Assembly (NCBI GenBank): GCA_950097015.1
Contig: CATNEN010000038.1
Span: forward strand, 8,680,001-8,744,000
Reading direction: 5' to 3'
DNA length: 64,000 nt
Origin: Macrostomum hystrix
Lineage: Eukaryota > Animalia > Platyhelminthes
Shown here: positions 24,385 through 37,753 of the stretch, piece by piece
Position numbering within the stretch: position 1 is the first letter of the stretch
How the letters are laid out: each line of letters opens with the position of its first letter
Made by a program: the position numbers and the translations under genes
Notes under the pieces: model-generated
What the model was told of the DNA's origin: nothing
The model's database searches: none
Seen by the model: the letters and a program-made list of their open reading frames with translations, nothing else

Positions 24385-27300
24385 ATGATCCCAGCACAAC
24401 AGCAGCAGCAACAGCGACGGTCGATCATTGTCCGGGCCACTCCTGCCTACCTGCCAGGCTCCTCGTCAGCTACCAGCAACAGCCAGCAGGCTGCCGTTGG
24501 CTCTGCTGTGCCTAATGTCTCCATAATGTCTGTGCCTGTGGCTTCCAGCCTACAGCCTGCCTCCTCTACGGCCTCAGCAGCTGCTAGTGCCGCCGCCGCC
24601 TCCGCAGCCAAGCGTCGTCGAGTTGGCGGTGGAGCCGGCGGCTCCGCTGCGTCCGCAGCCGTCCAGCTGTCCGACAAGGCCGTCCGGTTGGCACCAGAGT
24701 GCGGCGCCTATCGCGAGCTGTCCCGCCTTGAGCAGCGACTAGACGAAGCCATCACGGCGCGCCGGCTGGCCCTGCAGGAGGCTCAGCGCCGGCCGGGCCA
24801 ACCGCGCCCACGGCGTCGACTTCGTCTGCAGCTCAGCAGCCACTTCGGAGCCTACGGACCCGCCGGCGAGCCTGGCTGGGAACTGCGCATCGAAGGTCAG
24901 CGCCTATTTTAATCTGTGGCTTTTTTAGGAGAATCTGATTAAATTCTAGAAGAGTGTGACATTAAAATTTAGAATTTGCTCATTAAATATTCTGTTGTGG
25001 AATTTGAGCATCTGCTCATCAAAGACTGGGATTCGAAGACCTGCTCATAGGGGAATGAGTTGCGTGTCTGCTTATCTAGTAGATCTCAGAACCTAATTCT
25101 AGAGGAGTGTATTGCGGTATTTTATATAGTCGACTAAAGATACGAGAATCTGCTGATAAACGACTGTAGGATTCAAGAGATTTCTCATGAACTACTGTGA
25201 GGATTTAAGAATCTGGGGTTTGAGAATAGCGGGGTTTGAGAATCTGCTCATTGTGAGGTTTGAGAATCTGCTCATAGCGGGGTTTGAGAATCTGCTCATT
25301 GTGGGGTTTGATAATCTGCTCATTGTGTGGTTTGAGAATCTGCTCATAGTGGGGTTTGAGAATCTTCTCATTGTGGGGTTTGAGAATCTGCTCATAGCGG
25401 GGTTTGAGAATCTGCTCATTGTGGGGTTTGAGAATCTGCTCATTGTGGGGTCTAAGAATCTGCTCATTGTGGGGTTTGAGAATCTGCTCATTGTGGGGTT
25501 TGAGAATCTGCTCATAGCGGGGTTTGAGAATCTGCTCATAGCGGGGTTTGTGAATCTGCTCATTGTGGGGTTTGAGAATCTGCTCATTGTGGGGTTTGAG
25601 AATCTGCTCATCGATGAGAGAACTAATTTGTGAAGATGATCACACTAGGTATGGTATAATATTATTTAATGGTGTCCGTAAGCTTCTAGGTTTTTGAGGT
25701 AGAGAACAATGGCATACTCGCTCCTATAATAGGTCGCGCCCTTGACGACGCTGTTTCCGCAACGTCGTCGGGCGCTGGCGGCCTAACCTCCACGCTGACA
25801 ATGAGCTCCTCGACTGTGTCAGCGGCGACACTCATGCAGTCGGCACCGTCTGGCAGCTCGGCCAGCCTGTCTGGCGGCGGAGGTGGCGGCGACGCCTCGA
25901 TGGGAGCCAGCGGCGGCGTTGGTTCCCGGCGTCGGTTCACCAGCTACCTGAGCAGCGTATTGGTTGAGCTTGACCGGAGCCTGTACGGTCCCGACCAGCA
26001 CCTGGCCGAGTGGAGCCGAGCCGACGGCTTGCCTGACACCGATGGCTTTGTGGTGAGCCGCTAGAACCATTGTTGGTTGATTTTACTATTAATTAATGTT
26101 GGATGTGTCTTTTTTACCCGAAAAACTCATAGTCAACCGGTTACGCTCGTCAATTGTCTCCCACAAGTAATAGTTCTTTTGTTTAATCAAGAAACTTTAT
26201 TAGTTCCGTGAAGCTATTTATAAAAATGGTAGTCCCTGTAATTAGGCCATTTTACCTTCCTATTGTAACTGGTAACTGGCGTATGACGCAACTATAAAAT
26301 AAATAATCTGTTGACTTTCACTGCCACTAATACCTTACGTAGAAACGCACTTACACTGGGGTTCACACTGCCTGTACCTTGGGGGTTGGTCCTCATGTGC
26401 GTAATTTCTCCGTATCTACACCCAAAAAATTTTTTTTTGCTAGATCCGTCGAGCCGGCGAGTCTCCGGTGCCGCTGACGGTGCTGCTAACGCCGGAGCAG
26501 CGGCCGCCCCGCTACCGCCTGCAGCCGCAGCTGGCTCGCCTGCTAGGTCTGCACACGGGCACCCAGGCGCAGGTGGCGCACGCATTCTGGCGCTACGTTG
26601 GCGCCAAATCGCTGCTGGATCCGCAGAACCGGGCCTGCCTGGTGCTGGACGCAGCCCTCGGCGACCTGTTCAGACCGGAAGGCCAGTCAGCCAAGGAGCC
26701 GGTAAGGATTCCGGCTGCCGATGTACCAAGGAGGCTCTCCCAGCTGCTGCTGCCAACGGAGCCGCTGGTGTTGCATTATCTGGTGTCGGCGGAGGCCGGG
26801 GTTAAGCGCTGTGTCAACTACGAGCTGGAGCTCGACGCCGAGGACTCCTCGGTTGGGACAGTTGCGCCAGAGTTTGCCATGAGCGGTGCCGCTCTGCAGG
26901 TTTGTTATAGTTGGCTTTCATTGACGGAGAATTCTAAGAAATTCTAAGAGAGACGTAAGGTTGATATTATGGTTTGTTTGTAGGTAAATTCGTTGGGTTT
27001 ATCATTTTTTGACTGACTGACGGTATGTTTGTTAGATTGTAAGATTGTAGGTTGGTAGCACGTACGGTAGTTTCTTGGATTAGTAGGATAGTATTACAGT
27101 GGGATAATAGTTATAACAACAATTGCAGGAGGGCTGCAGGCAATGGCACATAATTTGGTTGCACTAGACCCGCAGCCAGCGAGGAGGCAATTCTGCCCAT
27201 TTCGCTGACTCCTGGGCACACACGCACACAGATACCGTACGCAGGCATACGCTCACGCAGGTGTGTACATCTGCCCTGAATTTCTCATCGTCAGGCAGTG

Positions 27301-29425
27301 TACATTTTTCACTGTGTCTTGCAGGTTGGCCCTCAAGGGCGTAAATTGCCCCAAGCCTTCTCCCCGCGGCTGCGCCCCAAAATTAATGTGGCCTCGCCGC
27401 ATAATTGAACTTAGGGAACTTGGTGCAATTGGTAGGATAGTAGTTAGTTTGATCGATTGTTAGGATGGTAGGTTGGTAGAATAGTAGTTTGATCGATTTG
27501 GTAGGATGGTAGGTTGGTAGAATAGTAGTTTGATCGATTTGGTAGGATGGTAGGTTGGTAGAATAGTAGTTTGATTGATTGGTAGGATGGTAGGTTGGTA
27601 GAAAAGTAGTTTGATCGATTTGGTAGGATGGTAGGTTGGTAGAATAGTAGTTTGATCGATTTGGTAGGATGGTAGGTTGGTAGAATAGTAGTTTGATTGA
27701 TTTGGTAGGATGGTAGGTTGGTAGAATAGTAGTTAGTTTGATCGATTTGGTAGGATGGTAGGTTGGTAGAATAGTAGTTTGATCGATTTGGTAGGATGGT
27801 AGGTTGGTAGAATAGTAGTTTGATTGATTGGTAGGATGGTAGGTTGGTAGAAAAGTAGTTTGATCGATTTGGTAGGATGGTAGGTTGGTAGAATAGTAGT
27901 TTGATCGATTTGGTAGGATGGTAGGTTGGTAGAATAGTAGTTTGATCGATTTGGTAGGATGGTAGGTTGGTAGAATAGTAGTTAGTTTGATTGATTGGTA
28001 GGATGGTAGGTTGGTAGAATAGTAGTTAGTTTGATTGATTGGTAGGATGGTAGGTTGGTAGAATAGTAGTTTGATTGATTTGGTAGGATGGTAGGTTGGT
28101 AGAATAGCAGTTTGATTGATTTGGTAGGATGGTAGGTTGGTAGAATAGTAGTTTGATCGATTTGGTAGGATGGTAGGTTGGTAGAATAGTAGTTTGATCG
28201 ATTTGGTAGGATGGTAGGTTGGTAGAATAGTAGTTTGATCGATTTGGTAGGATGGTAGGTTGGTAGAATAGTAGTTTGATTGATTGGTAGGATGGTAGGT
28301 TGGTAGAAAAGTAGTTTGATCGATTTGGTAGGATGGTAGGTTGGTAGAATAGTAGTTTGATCGATTTGGTAGGATGGTAGGTTGGTAGAATAGTAGTTTG
28401 ATCGATTTGGTAGGATGGTAGGTTGGTAGAATAGTAGTTTGATTGATTGGTAGAATGGTAGGTTGGTAGAATAGTAGTTTGATCGATTTGGTAGGATGGT
28501 AGGTTGGTAGAATAGTAGTTTGATTGATTGGTAGAATGGTAGGTTGGTAGAATAGTAGTTTGATTGATTGGTAGGATGGTAGGTTGGTAGAATAGTAGTT
28601 TGATTGATTTGGTAGGATGGTAGGTTGGTAGAATAGTAGTTTGATCGATTTGGTAGGATGGTAGGTTGGTAGAATAGTAGTTTGATCGATTTGGTAGGAT
28701 GGTAGGTTGGTAGACTAGTAGGATCGTATGTTGCTAGGATGTTATGTTAGCAGCACGGAAAGTAAGTTGGTAGAAAAGTTGTCTAGTAGGTTGATTGATA
28801 AGTAGTTTAGAAGCTTATTGAATTTGTTCGTTGGCCTTCTATAATGCGGAGCTCGACAGGACCTCTGTAAGATATAATTGTTATAATTTAGTAAGAAGTA
28901 GGTCGATGCTTGACAAAGAATTTTTTAAAGCGGTAAATCAAATTCTTTTGTTCCCACCAGGAGCTGAGCGCCACGGAGGGTCGCATCGCGGACACCGTGG
29001 ACCAGATGAACTCGGCTGCCCAGCAGGCCGAATTCTTTGCCGATTTCGCCTCTGATCCGCAGCAGTTCCTGACCAGCGCCTTGCTAAAGAGCAGCTTTGG
29101 CTCCTCGCAGCAACAGCAGCCACAATCTCGAGCTCAGCAGTTGCAACAGCCAGATCCTGATGAGGAGCGTCGGGCCGCATTCTTTCAGGGCGGCTGGCTG
29201 CCCGAGGCCACGGCCAAGTATTTCGCTGACAAGGTCAGAAAAAGACTCAGTTTTCGGGTTTCTATTTCGCTTTTTGTTTCTTTCAAAGCCATTTTTATTG
29301 CCTGCCTGTCTCTTTGCTATTCTTCTTTTCTTATAATTCCAGAGACAGTTTGTGATTTTTTGTTGCTTTAATTTCAGATCGACCAGCGCCGAGAAGAGCT
29401 TGAGGAGCTGCTAGGCATTCATTGA
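24385..29425 (+). CDS. SMARCD: SWI/SNF subunit SMARCD/BAF60-like (SWIB domain), 5 coding exons, ~535 aa
   Basis: Exons 24385-24895, 25733-26052, 26444-26899, 28961-29233, 29378-29425 in frame. PECGAYRELSRLEQRLD, WELRIEGR, VELDRSLYGPDQHLAEW, TDGFV, SWIB domain LARLLGLHTGT..V..AFWRYV, FASDPQQF and EERRAAFF..W match BAF60 motifs. Confidence 0.9.
25226..25611. repeat. 24-bp minisatellite (gtttgagaatctgctcattgtggg), ~16 copies, SMARCD intron
   Basis: Direct reading. Confidence 0.95.
27115..27425 (-). mobile_element. tRNA-derived SINE family 1
   Basis: Reverse complement of the body shared with 42307-42647 (cctgacgatgagaaattcagggcagatgtacac...ggagtcagcgaaatgggcagaattgcctcctcgc). Confidence 0.85.
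27431..28718. repeat. ~41-bp G/T-rich minisatellite (ggtaggatggtaggttggtagaatagtagtttgatcgattt), ~31 copies, SMARCD intron
   Basis: Direct reading. Confidence 0.95.
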
Positions 29426-29894
29426 AAACCAGTGTTTCTGAATCTGTTGTTGACTTGCATTTCCTTAGTCAAATTTCTGTCCGTCTAAACAATATATCGC
29501 CTCTTACGATCGTATGTCTAACGAAAACATTTTTGTTTGTGTATCAAACTGAGTGTATTGACATTGTGTCGTTTTTATGTAAATAAAAATTTACTAATAA
29601 TCTTGCAGCTTCTCCTGTACTAGCCGATGAGCACTCATACAGTTTCTTGCTCTAATGTCTGAAACTGCAAAAAACCACAATGCAAAAATAGTTGAATGTT
29701 ATTTTCCGTCAACAGTTTTACAATTGTTCCATTAATATCTTAGCACGCTTAATATCTTAGTTGGCATATCTTAGCACGCACGACTTCAAGCTAAAAAAAT
29801 ATTGCTCAGTTTGGTTGAAAAATAAGCAAATAACTAAACCGATAACTAAACGGCAGGAAAAATACTTGCAAGCAGAGCACGACTACGAAAATTC

Positions 29895-30065
29895 AACGGA
29901 ACCAATTGGAGCCGAAGGTTCCAATTTCAAATTAATGGATTGCCTATTGAATTGATTATCGGGGGGGTTTGTATGTGGATCAACCTGTTCTCAAATTCCT
30001 AAATTATTAATACAATTCGCTTCCAACTGGTAGTACAGCATAAAGATTTGGGAATACGTAAGTGT
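29895..30065 (+). promoter_or_regulatory. Putative promoter / non-coding first exon of the RNF38-like gene
   Basis: Two CCAAT motifs near 29902-29925 and a strong donor tac|gtaagt at ~30057. An acceptor ccag|gtg at 32093 precedes the ATG at 32108. Confidence 0.35.
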
Positions 30066-30519
30066 TGGTATTTGCTGTTTTTTGAACAAGAAAAACAATC
30101 GAATGTTTATGCTCCGCGAATAAAGTCATAGTAATAAAACAAAGCATTTTATGTGCGGAGCGTTAAATTTAAGAACTACAAGTAATTGTCGCACGATAAA
30201 GAATCTGCAAAATTCCTTTTCTAAAATTACTTTATGAGTACAAAATTCTCGAAATCGATTGTTAACAAAGAAAACTGTTTAACTTGATTTAATATTTTTG
30301 TGGGTATTCGCTGACCCCTACCCACCTATCATGATAACAAATATTTAATACTTTTCAATCGAGAAATTGAATTGTCCATGCAAAAATGTGTGCATAAAAA
30401 TATAATACTAAAATCCCAGTGTTATGACTGTCTTGTATTTGCTTGGATTGAAGGCCTCTTTTAATGCCCTGTCCTTAATAACATATATATTATTAATATA
30501 TAAAAGGTTATATAAAATA

Positions 30520-31161
30520 GGGTAATGTATCATCAACCGAACAGTGTATCTTCAAAACCGAACAAGAATTTTGACTCCTTCCTTGGTCTCGTGCAAGACA
30601 GAAACAAGCTATTGTGTTTCACAGAACAACTAATTTGAAAGTTGAAGAAATTATCTACATGCTGAGGCATAATGTGCAATGAAGCATAAAGAGGAAAGAA
30701 AGATATAGATGTTTCAGTAGAATTTTTTATTGCAAAAGCATACTTTTTAACAACATTTTTTCAGTATGTACTTTAGACAAAGATTGTATGTGGTTGCTTG
30801 CCAATTAAATGACCATAAATGTAGTTATTTATAGAACATGAAAAATGCTTTCAAATGACATAATTCATGATAGTTCACTCCTTAAAATAAGATTAAACCA
30901 CTCACTCAAATTATAAAACCAAACATCAAATTCTCTGTTTGGTTTGAAGATACATGAAAATCATTGTTCGGTTTTAGATAAAAAGCAGGAATAACTTTTT
31001 TCTATTTGACAAAATAGCAAAAGCAGATACTTTTTAGAAAGATGTAACTGTTTTCTAGAACTTGGCTTTTGATTTATCATCATATCTTAAATAGAAAATC
31101 TGTAGCTTAAGTTTGAAGTTAAAAAAATACACATTCTTGTTTGGTTGATGATACATTACCC
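30520..31161. mobile_element. MITE family C, TA target (Tc1/mariner/pogo-type non-autonomous)
   Basis: TA|gggtaatgtatcatcaaccgaaca ... tgtttggttgatgatacattaccc|TA. Confidence 0.85.
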
Positions 31162-32107
31162 TAGCTATATTAGGCTATCTATTTCCTTTCCTGGTTTAGG
31201 CGCCAATCAAGCAACAGATTTTGCTATGAAGATTGCACAATTAATGTACTTTAAGCTTTCTTCTAATAACAAAAATCTGCTTGATATCTAGCTGCCTGTT
31301 TGTACAATTGTGCTAATTTATTTTAAAATATAGCCAGCCTACTTTTATTGACTTTTGAATTTTAATGACCCATTTGATATTGTTAAAGCAAAGATTTATA
31401 GATTTAGCAACAGGATAGCTAGGCAAAGACAAATTAGATAGATAATCAAAAATACTTCTAGGCCTTAATAATGAATTTGTTATAAAAGTGTTCTCAAAGT
31501 AAGTGGCCATTAGACCAACATGTTCTATGGAATCTATAGGCTGTACAACATATTGATAATTTAAAGAGGAAAAAGAGGGTGCTGAATGAAGAGCATCATT
31601 TTTTTGTATTTTTGTTAAAAAATATTTTAATGTATTGTTGGCTAACTATTGGCTTATGCCTTCATTGGCTTGTGGGCTAGTATAATTTTAGTGCATAAAT
31701 TGTTCTAAAAAGTTATATATGCTTTTGCTTTTGGCATGGTGAATTAAACTGGCTAATATTACAACATTCTCTTAAACTATTCAGTCAGACATTGCATTGA
31801 AAACTTTTAATATAGTTTGATTTTGCTTGACTAGCTTTTCTGGCTAATAATCATGTATAGTAAAAGCTCTAATTATCACAACCTAAAGTTTTGACTTTGA
31901 CTAGCTAGCTTTAGGAAACCTCTAAAGAGGCCTGCCTAGCTAAAAGTATAGTTTCATTTTTCTGTGATAAGAGACTCATTTTTATATATATAAGAGGGAT
32001 TTTTGGTGTTGGTAATTTTCTGTCCAGTTTATTTGAATATAAGGCCCTATATAATTATACAAGGTAAGCTAACTCATACTTGATGCAAGCCAGGTGTGTG
32101 CAACAGT

Positions 32108-34572
32108 ATGCGTCCATCAAGAGAGAGTCGCTCTGCAGCTGCTGCCAGCAACTGCTGTGCTGCACATCAAAAGTCGCCATCTAACTCACCAACACCTGAC
32201 TCTGTGTCCACTGTCCAACAGCAGCAACTTGCATCCAATGGTGGCACCCGCTTCAGCACGCATAGTCCACCACTGATTCAGCTGAGTCCAGCTTTAAGTC
32301 CACCACCCTATGATCTCAGAGAAAGACCACGCAGGCGCCAGATCTCTAGTCTGGGTGAGGCTTTAAAGAATCTTGAGATTTAAAACTTGTATTCGGAAAA
32401 TATGTCAAGGTATCCAGATATTTGCAATCCACTGCGTTTTATGTCTCCTATATACTTCATTTGCCCATTTTATATTGCTACAGTGCATGAGCATACTGTA
32501 GCAAATCGGATGAATTTCAGTTCGGATTTAGTACAGTGGACTAGCAACTTTACCCCCTCGCTTAAGGTGGGAGGAAAATACGACAAAATATTGTTTCTCG
32601 CAATATTCTCTAGCCCCACATTGACGTACCTTACTGCAGAGTTGGCCAACGACTTCGTGCATCGACTGACATCAGCACCTGGCAGTCCGGACGATTTCTT
32701 AGCTAAGGTTTGCAATTCTGGATTGACTGCTGCTTTTGTAAACTTAGTATTAGCATTTCGAGCAGTAGTTTAGTTCTTTGTTGACAGAAACGGTACAGTT
32801 TGATAATTATAGTGGCTCAAACGACTGTAACGCCCAAATACCTCTGTAACGTCGCAAGCAACTTTTTAACCATCTTAGCGCTGTTAGCGACCTTCTTTTG
32901 TTACCACAATTAGGTGCATGTTGCAAATACTTCTACATGACACAATTCTGTAACATTTAGACTCCGCCACCGCCGCCAAGGAAGCGTCGCCGAATTTCTG
33001 CGGCATCTTCAGCGAGCTCTTCGTCCACCGTGAACGCTGCCGCCGCTGGAGAGGCTGCCGCGTCCGCTGCTGCTGCTGCTCCTGCAGCCGCTTTCGTCAG
33101 ACCCGAATCTAGTTACGGACGATCTCTATGGCACCATCGTGCTCAGCAGCAGCAGCAGCAAATGCTCGCTTCAGCTAGCGCGGCAGCTTCGTGGCGACCT
33201 GTTGCGACGGCGTATAGCGTCAACGCCAACGTTGGCAACGTTTCTTCGCAACGACAGTCCAACAGGTGAGGGATTGGGAATGATTTTGCTTTTTATGCTA
33301 GTTTTATTTATATTAGTATACAGATGTCGTGATGATAAGATCATTTTTTGCTCCACCATTGTTTTAATAAATGATGCCCCAAATAAAAATTATTGTAACG
33401 ACTTCATAAATTAATTGAGTCTTCTCAGTAAGAGCCAGTATTTACGGCACTGTACGAATGGAAAAGCGGCAGGCGGAAGCCAGAGGGTAAGAGCTGAAAA
33501 GGAGGGGGTGGGGAAAGAGAGAGGAACAGCTAGCCAATCAGAGACGAGACTAGGGTTAGCTAAGTAGTTGAACAGATAGATGGAGAGTGCAGTGCGCGCA
33601 AGCTCAAACAAACACAGAGAGAAGGGGCAGTAATAACAATACTTTCTGGCGACAGTCGACCCTCGGCCAGAGAGGAGGCAGTTAATTAGCTTATTTGCCC
33701 AGATCTGTACAACTACCCAGGCTTTCTCACTTGTGCCTTAAGGGTTGGCCCTAAAGGGCGTATCAATTGCACGACAAACCGTTGAAAATCTTGAGCTGCG
33801 GATTTGTGGTCAGGTGGTTTAGTACCTGAGTCTGCTTAGCCATTTTAAGCGGCTAATTTAGCCTGCGTTTAAACCTAATTGCAGCCTCAGCCATCAAGAA
33901 GGCGGATCTCCGCCGCTGCCACCGCCACTGCAGCCGCTGCAGCCTCAGTCCTCCAGTCAGCTGCCGCCTCTGCTGCCGATAGCTTACTCTTACAGCGAAT
34001 ACGGTCCTACATCCAATGCCGGCCGCTTCTTGTACGCAGCTCAGTTTCAGCACAGGCCAGCAGCTTATCACCACCTGTCCAACAGCTATGACCTGCCGGC
34101 CTACCTTGACCAGTATGCATCAGCGCCACCGCAGCCTCAGCAGCATCAGCCCGTCCTAATCTCTCTGCTAGGAGAAGAATCAGATTATCAGCTGTTCCAG
34201 CTGCACCAGCAGCAGCTTCAGCAGCAGCAGCCCAGCAACCTAGACAGCTTGTTGCATCTGGCCGCACAGGTAGGCGTTGTCGGTGTCAGCGCCGGCATGA
34301 CCGGCGGAATTCGCGGCGCCGATCGTCAGGAGCTGGACAGCCGCCTGCCGGCCTACCGCTTTGTGCCTGGCGACGGTCGCCGACGAATCTCTGGCAGCCA
34401 CTGCGTTGTCTGCCTCGCTGACTTCGAGGCCCGGCAGCAGCTGCGCGGCCTGGCCTGCGGCCACGAGTTCCACTCGCGCTGCGTCGACCGCTGGCTGAAG
34501 CAGAACCGCACCTGCCCGATCTGCCGGGCCGATGCTGTGACCGGCAGGCCGCAACAACTGCAGCATCCGTAA
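32108..34572 (+). CDS. RING-H2 E3 ubiquitin ligase, RNF38/RNF44-like, 4 coding exons, ~435 aa
   Basis: Exons 32108-32354, 32640-32707, 32961-33265, 33885-34572 in frame. NLS-like PPRKRRR. SLLHLAAQVG...LPAYRF...CVVCLADFEARQQLRGLACGHEFHSRCVDRWLKQNRTCPICRADA matches the RNF38/44 C-terminus. Confidence 0.88.
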
Positions 34573-34631
34573 CTACTGACACCTGACCTGCGGGAGGAAA
34601 TGCGCTTGTATTCCTGAATGGAGAGAGTGGA

Positions 34632-34865
34632 AAGTCAGCTGAAGGTCTGGCAGACTAGGGTGGACAGTCAGCTGAAGGTCTGGTAGGCTTTGGTGGGCAG
34701 TGAGCTGAAGGTCTGGTAGGCTAGGGTGTACAGTCAGCTGAAGGTCTGTTAGACTAGGGTGTACAGTCAGCTGAAGGTCTGTCAGACTAGGGTGTACAGT
34801 CAGCTGAAGGTCTGGTAGGCTAGGGTGTACAGTCAGCGGAAGGTCTGGTAGGCTAGGGTGCACAG
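34632..34865. repeat. 33-bp minisatellite, ~7 copies, just after the RNF38-like stop codon (probable 3'UTR)
   Basis: Unit acagtcagctgaaggtctggtaggctagggtgt. Confidence 0.9.
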
Positions 34866-35926
34866 TAAATTTTGATATTCATCTTGACGTACGCTTCGTC
34901 GGGCGAACTAAAATTTTGTTTAATTTTTCTCAAACAAGGCTTACTGCTCAGAACTTTTAATTGTCAAAATGCTTTGATTAAATCGATTAAACTTACATTT
35001 AATTTACCTAGGCTTCCAACATTTAATTATATCGGAGCTGTCATCAACTTGACGTTTTCTTAATACCATGTGCATGCCCAAAATGTAAGCAGTTTTTTCG
35101 AGACTCGCTTCTCACTTCTCGTCCTACTGCGAGTAGCGTGCGTGTAAGAAAGCCTTGTATGCTAGTATGGTTTCACAGTTGAGCTTGGTGCAATTATTCA
35201 ATCCATTATCGCCTTGTACAGACTTGGTATGAATAAAGATTTTTGGCCTCCTAAATTTCGCCTTACTTTTTGTTTTATAGCTTACAGATTTTTTTCCGGC
35301 CTGATAAGATTTTATTGTTTATTAAATAAGCCCCTTTTTTGCCTGTATGACAAAAGGACTTTGTTGTGAATTCTCTTTTACGCCCTTCACTCTTTCAGGT
35401 GAAGCACTAAATCAATTATTCGCCTATTTATTTATTCGCAATAGAGGTGTCGCCGATTTTTTAGTAACAACCATTGTCTTATGCTTGGGATTTTTTGTTA
35501 CGATTAACCAACCAATGAGTCCCAACTGATCCCAGGCCGTGCAGTACAGTGAATCCCCTCCCGTGCGAGTATTGTGAATATTTCTTTTCAATATTTTAAG
35601 GACTCAATCCACACCCAAGTCGAGCTGGCGCTGTACATTCATGGCTTCAGATGCCCCTACCCCTGCTCAGTGAGGACTCGACTGCTACTCAAAGTTCACG
35701 ATATTTTTTGGTGTTTGCATTAGTCAGTGCTTTTCCAGTCACTGTTCCTACTACCCGCACGAGCAGTATGTTTTCATTGTCCGATTTCTTTTACATATTT
35801 CTTTAGTAGAATATATTTATGACGTTTTATAAGCGCTGAAACTTCGTGTTAACCGCATGTTAAGAAGCAACTCACATCGTTGAGTCTTTGGCTTCAATTC
35901 GCCACTGTTTCTATGATGACCTCAAA

Positions 35927-37037
35927 TACGAGGGTTGTGTCATAAATTCGCTGACACTGCAGATATCAAAGAAACAAAACAAAGACCAGCTAATTGTCAA
36001 CATTGCACTTCTCAACATAGTCACCCCCAAGCTGCACACATTTGTGCCATCTCTCTGGCAGCTTGCTGATGCACTGGGCGAAGAATTCGGTGGGGGTCCC
36101 TCGTACCCACTGGCTGATGGCCGAGCTGAGTGCAGAAAGGCTTCCATAGCGATGGCCACGAAGAGGCTCTTTCATTTTAGGGGGCCAGGTCAGGAGAATA
36201 GGCAGGGTGAGGCAGCAACTTGAAGCCTAGTCTCCTGATGACATCCATAGTTGCATTGCAGGTATGCGGCCTGGCGTTGTCCTGCTGCAGCACAATGCCC
36301 CTGGTGATCCTTCCCCGGCGCTCACTCTTGATCTTCTCACGCAGTCGTTCCAATATTTCACAGTAGTACTGGGCATTGATGGTTCTGCCTTCAGGTAGCT
36401 ACTCGATCAGCAAGATGCCTTCTCTGTCCCAGAACACGGTGGCCATGCGCTTACCTGCTGACTGCGCCGCCTTGGCCTTGACCGGTGGGGGTTCGTGAGT
36501 AGCCTTACAGACGCTGCTCTGCCGTTTCGTTTCTGGTTCGTAGAAGTGAAACCACGTTTCATCACCAGTCACCAGGTGGCCAAGAAAGTCGGGCTCGTTT
36601 TGATAGGCGTTGAGTAGGTGGCGGCACATCTGGACCCTCTCTTGCAGTTGGACAGGAGTCAGCAGTTTAGGGACCCATCGTGCAACAACTCGTGTCAAAT
36701 GCAGATGGTCGGAGATGATGCGATGAATGCTCTTCATTGGTATCTCCAACAAGTCCTCTAACTGCCTCAGGGTTGCTCCACGATCATCGTCCAGGGCATG
36801 CTGCACACGCTGGATGTTGTCACTGGAAGTGGATGACCGCGGTGCACCTGGGCGTGGAGCATCATCAACTGTTTCCCAGCCGTCCTCAAAGCGCTGCACC
36901 CACTTTGACACAGTTTGTTTCGAAGGTGCATCCTCGCTAAAGATTTGTAGCAGCTCGCGGTAAATATCAGCCTGCTTCTTCTGCTGCTTCCACAACGAAC
37001 AAATGACAGTGCGCTTGGTAGCTTCACTTTTCTCCAT
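35927..37037 (-). pseudogene. Mariner (DD34D) transposase pseudogene with one surviving TIR
   Basis: WVPKLL, VTGDETW, QDNARPH, HPAYSPDLAP. In-frame TAG at 36399-36401; a frameshifting deletion after YSPDLAP removes the third catalytic Asp. TA-cgagggttgtgtcataaatt terminus at 35927; opposite TIR not found. Confidence 0.9.
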
Positions 37038-37218
37038 ACTGGATAAAAGGGTGGTTTGAATCCCACTCGATTTCTGCCTTGTCTCAAAAGCCAGAGGGAA
37101 GATGATTACTCGTAGTAGTTGATTCATAGCAAATCTATGCATCTACAGGAGTAAACAGGTCAAATATCGATTGTTCATACAGCAAGATGCATATAGGTCT
37201 ATATACTCGTATTAATAA

Positions 37219-37753
37219 GAGTTGAAAGACCAGTGGCGGCAAATGCCCACATTTTCATTTTTTCTGTATCTCCATAAGTCTTCAACCCATCACCATTAAT
37301 ACGAGGATCTAAAACACGGGCAAAAAGTTTCCGCTCTATTCGTTGAAAAAACCTCCAGTATCACAAAAGTCGGCATCGTCGAGATTTTCAACGATTCTCG
37401 CCGGGCCTCTGGTTGCAAAAACCACCGACAAATCAAAATTTTTGCACTTACAAGTTTTCATGTGTATCAATGTTAGGTATTAGTGTTGATATTGTACTTA
37501 TTATTTTATTGAATCAATATAGGTTACACAGAGGTTTATACTGAGCGATATTACTTGTCCTTGTCACCGGGATCTTCAGCGATAATCGTTGAAAACCTAG
37601 ACGATGCTCACTCAGACGGCTTTGAAAGTTAGTTTATCTTATCTTATGCAGCGGAAAATTTTGATTCAGATGGTGGAATTCCAGGGAAATCGGTCATTTA
37701 GTTTGGGAGCTATCGTGTCCCTGCAAAGGGGAAACAGCGTGGAATTTTAACTG
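37219..37753. mobile_element. MITE family A copy
   Basis: gagttgaaagacca ... gcgtggaattttaactg, with the same internal blocks as 11791-12306. Confidence 0.7.
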
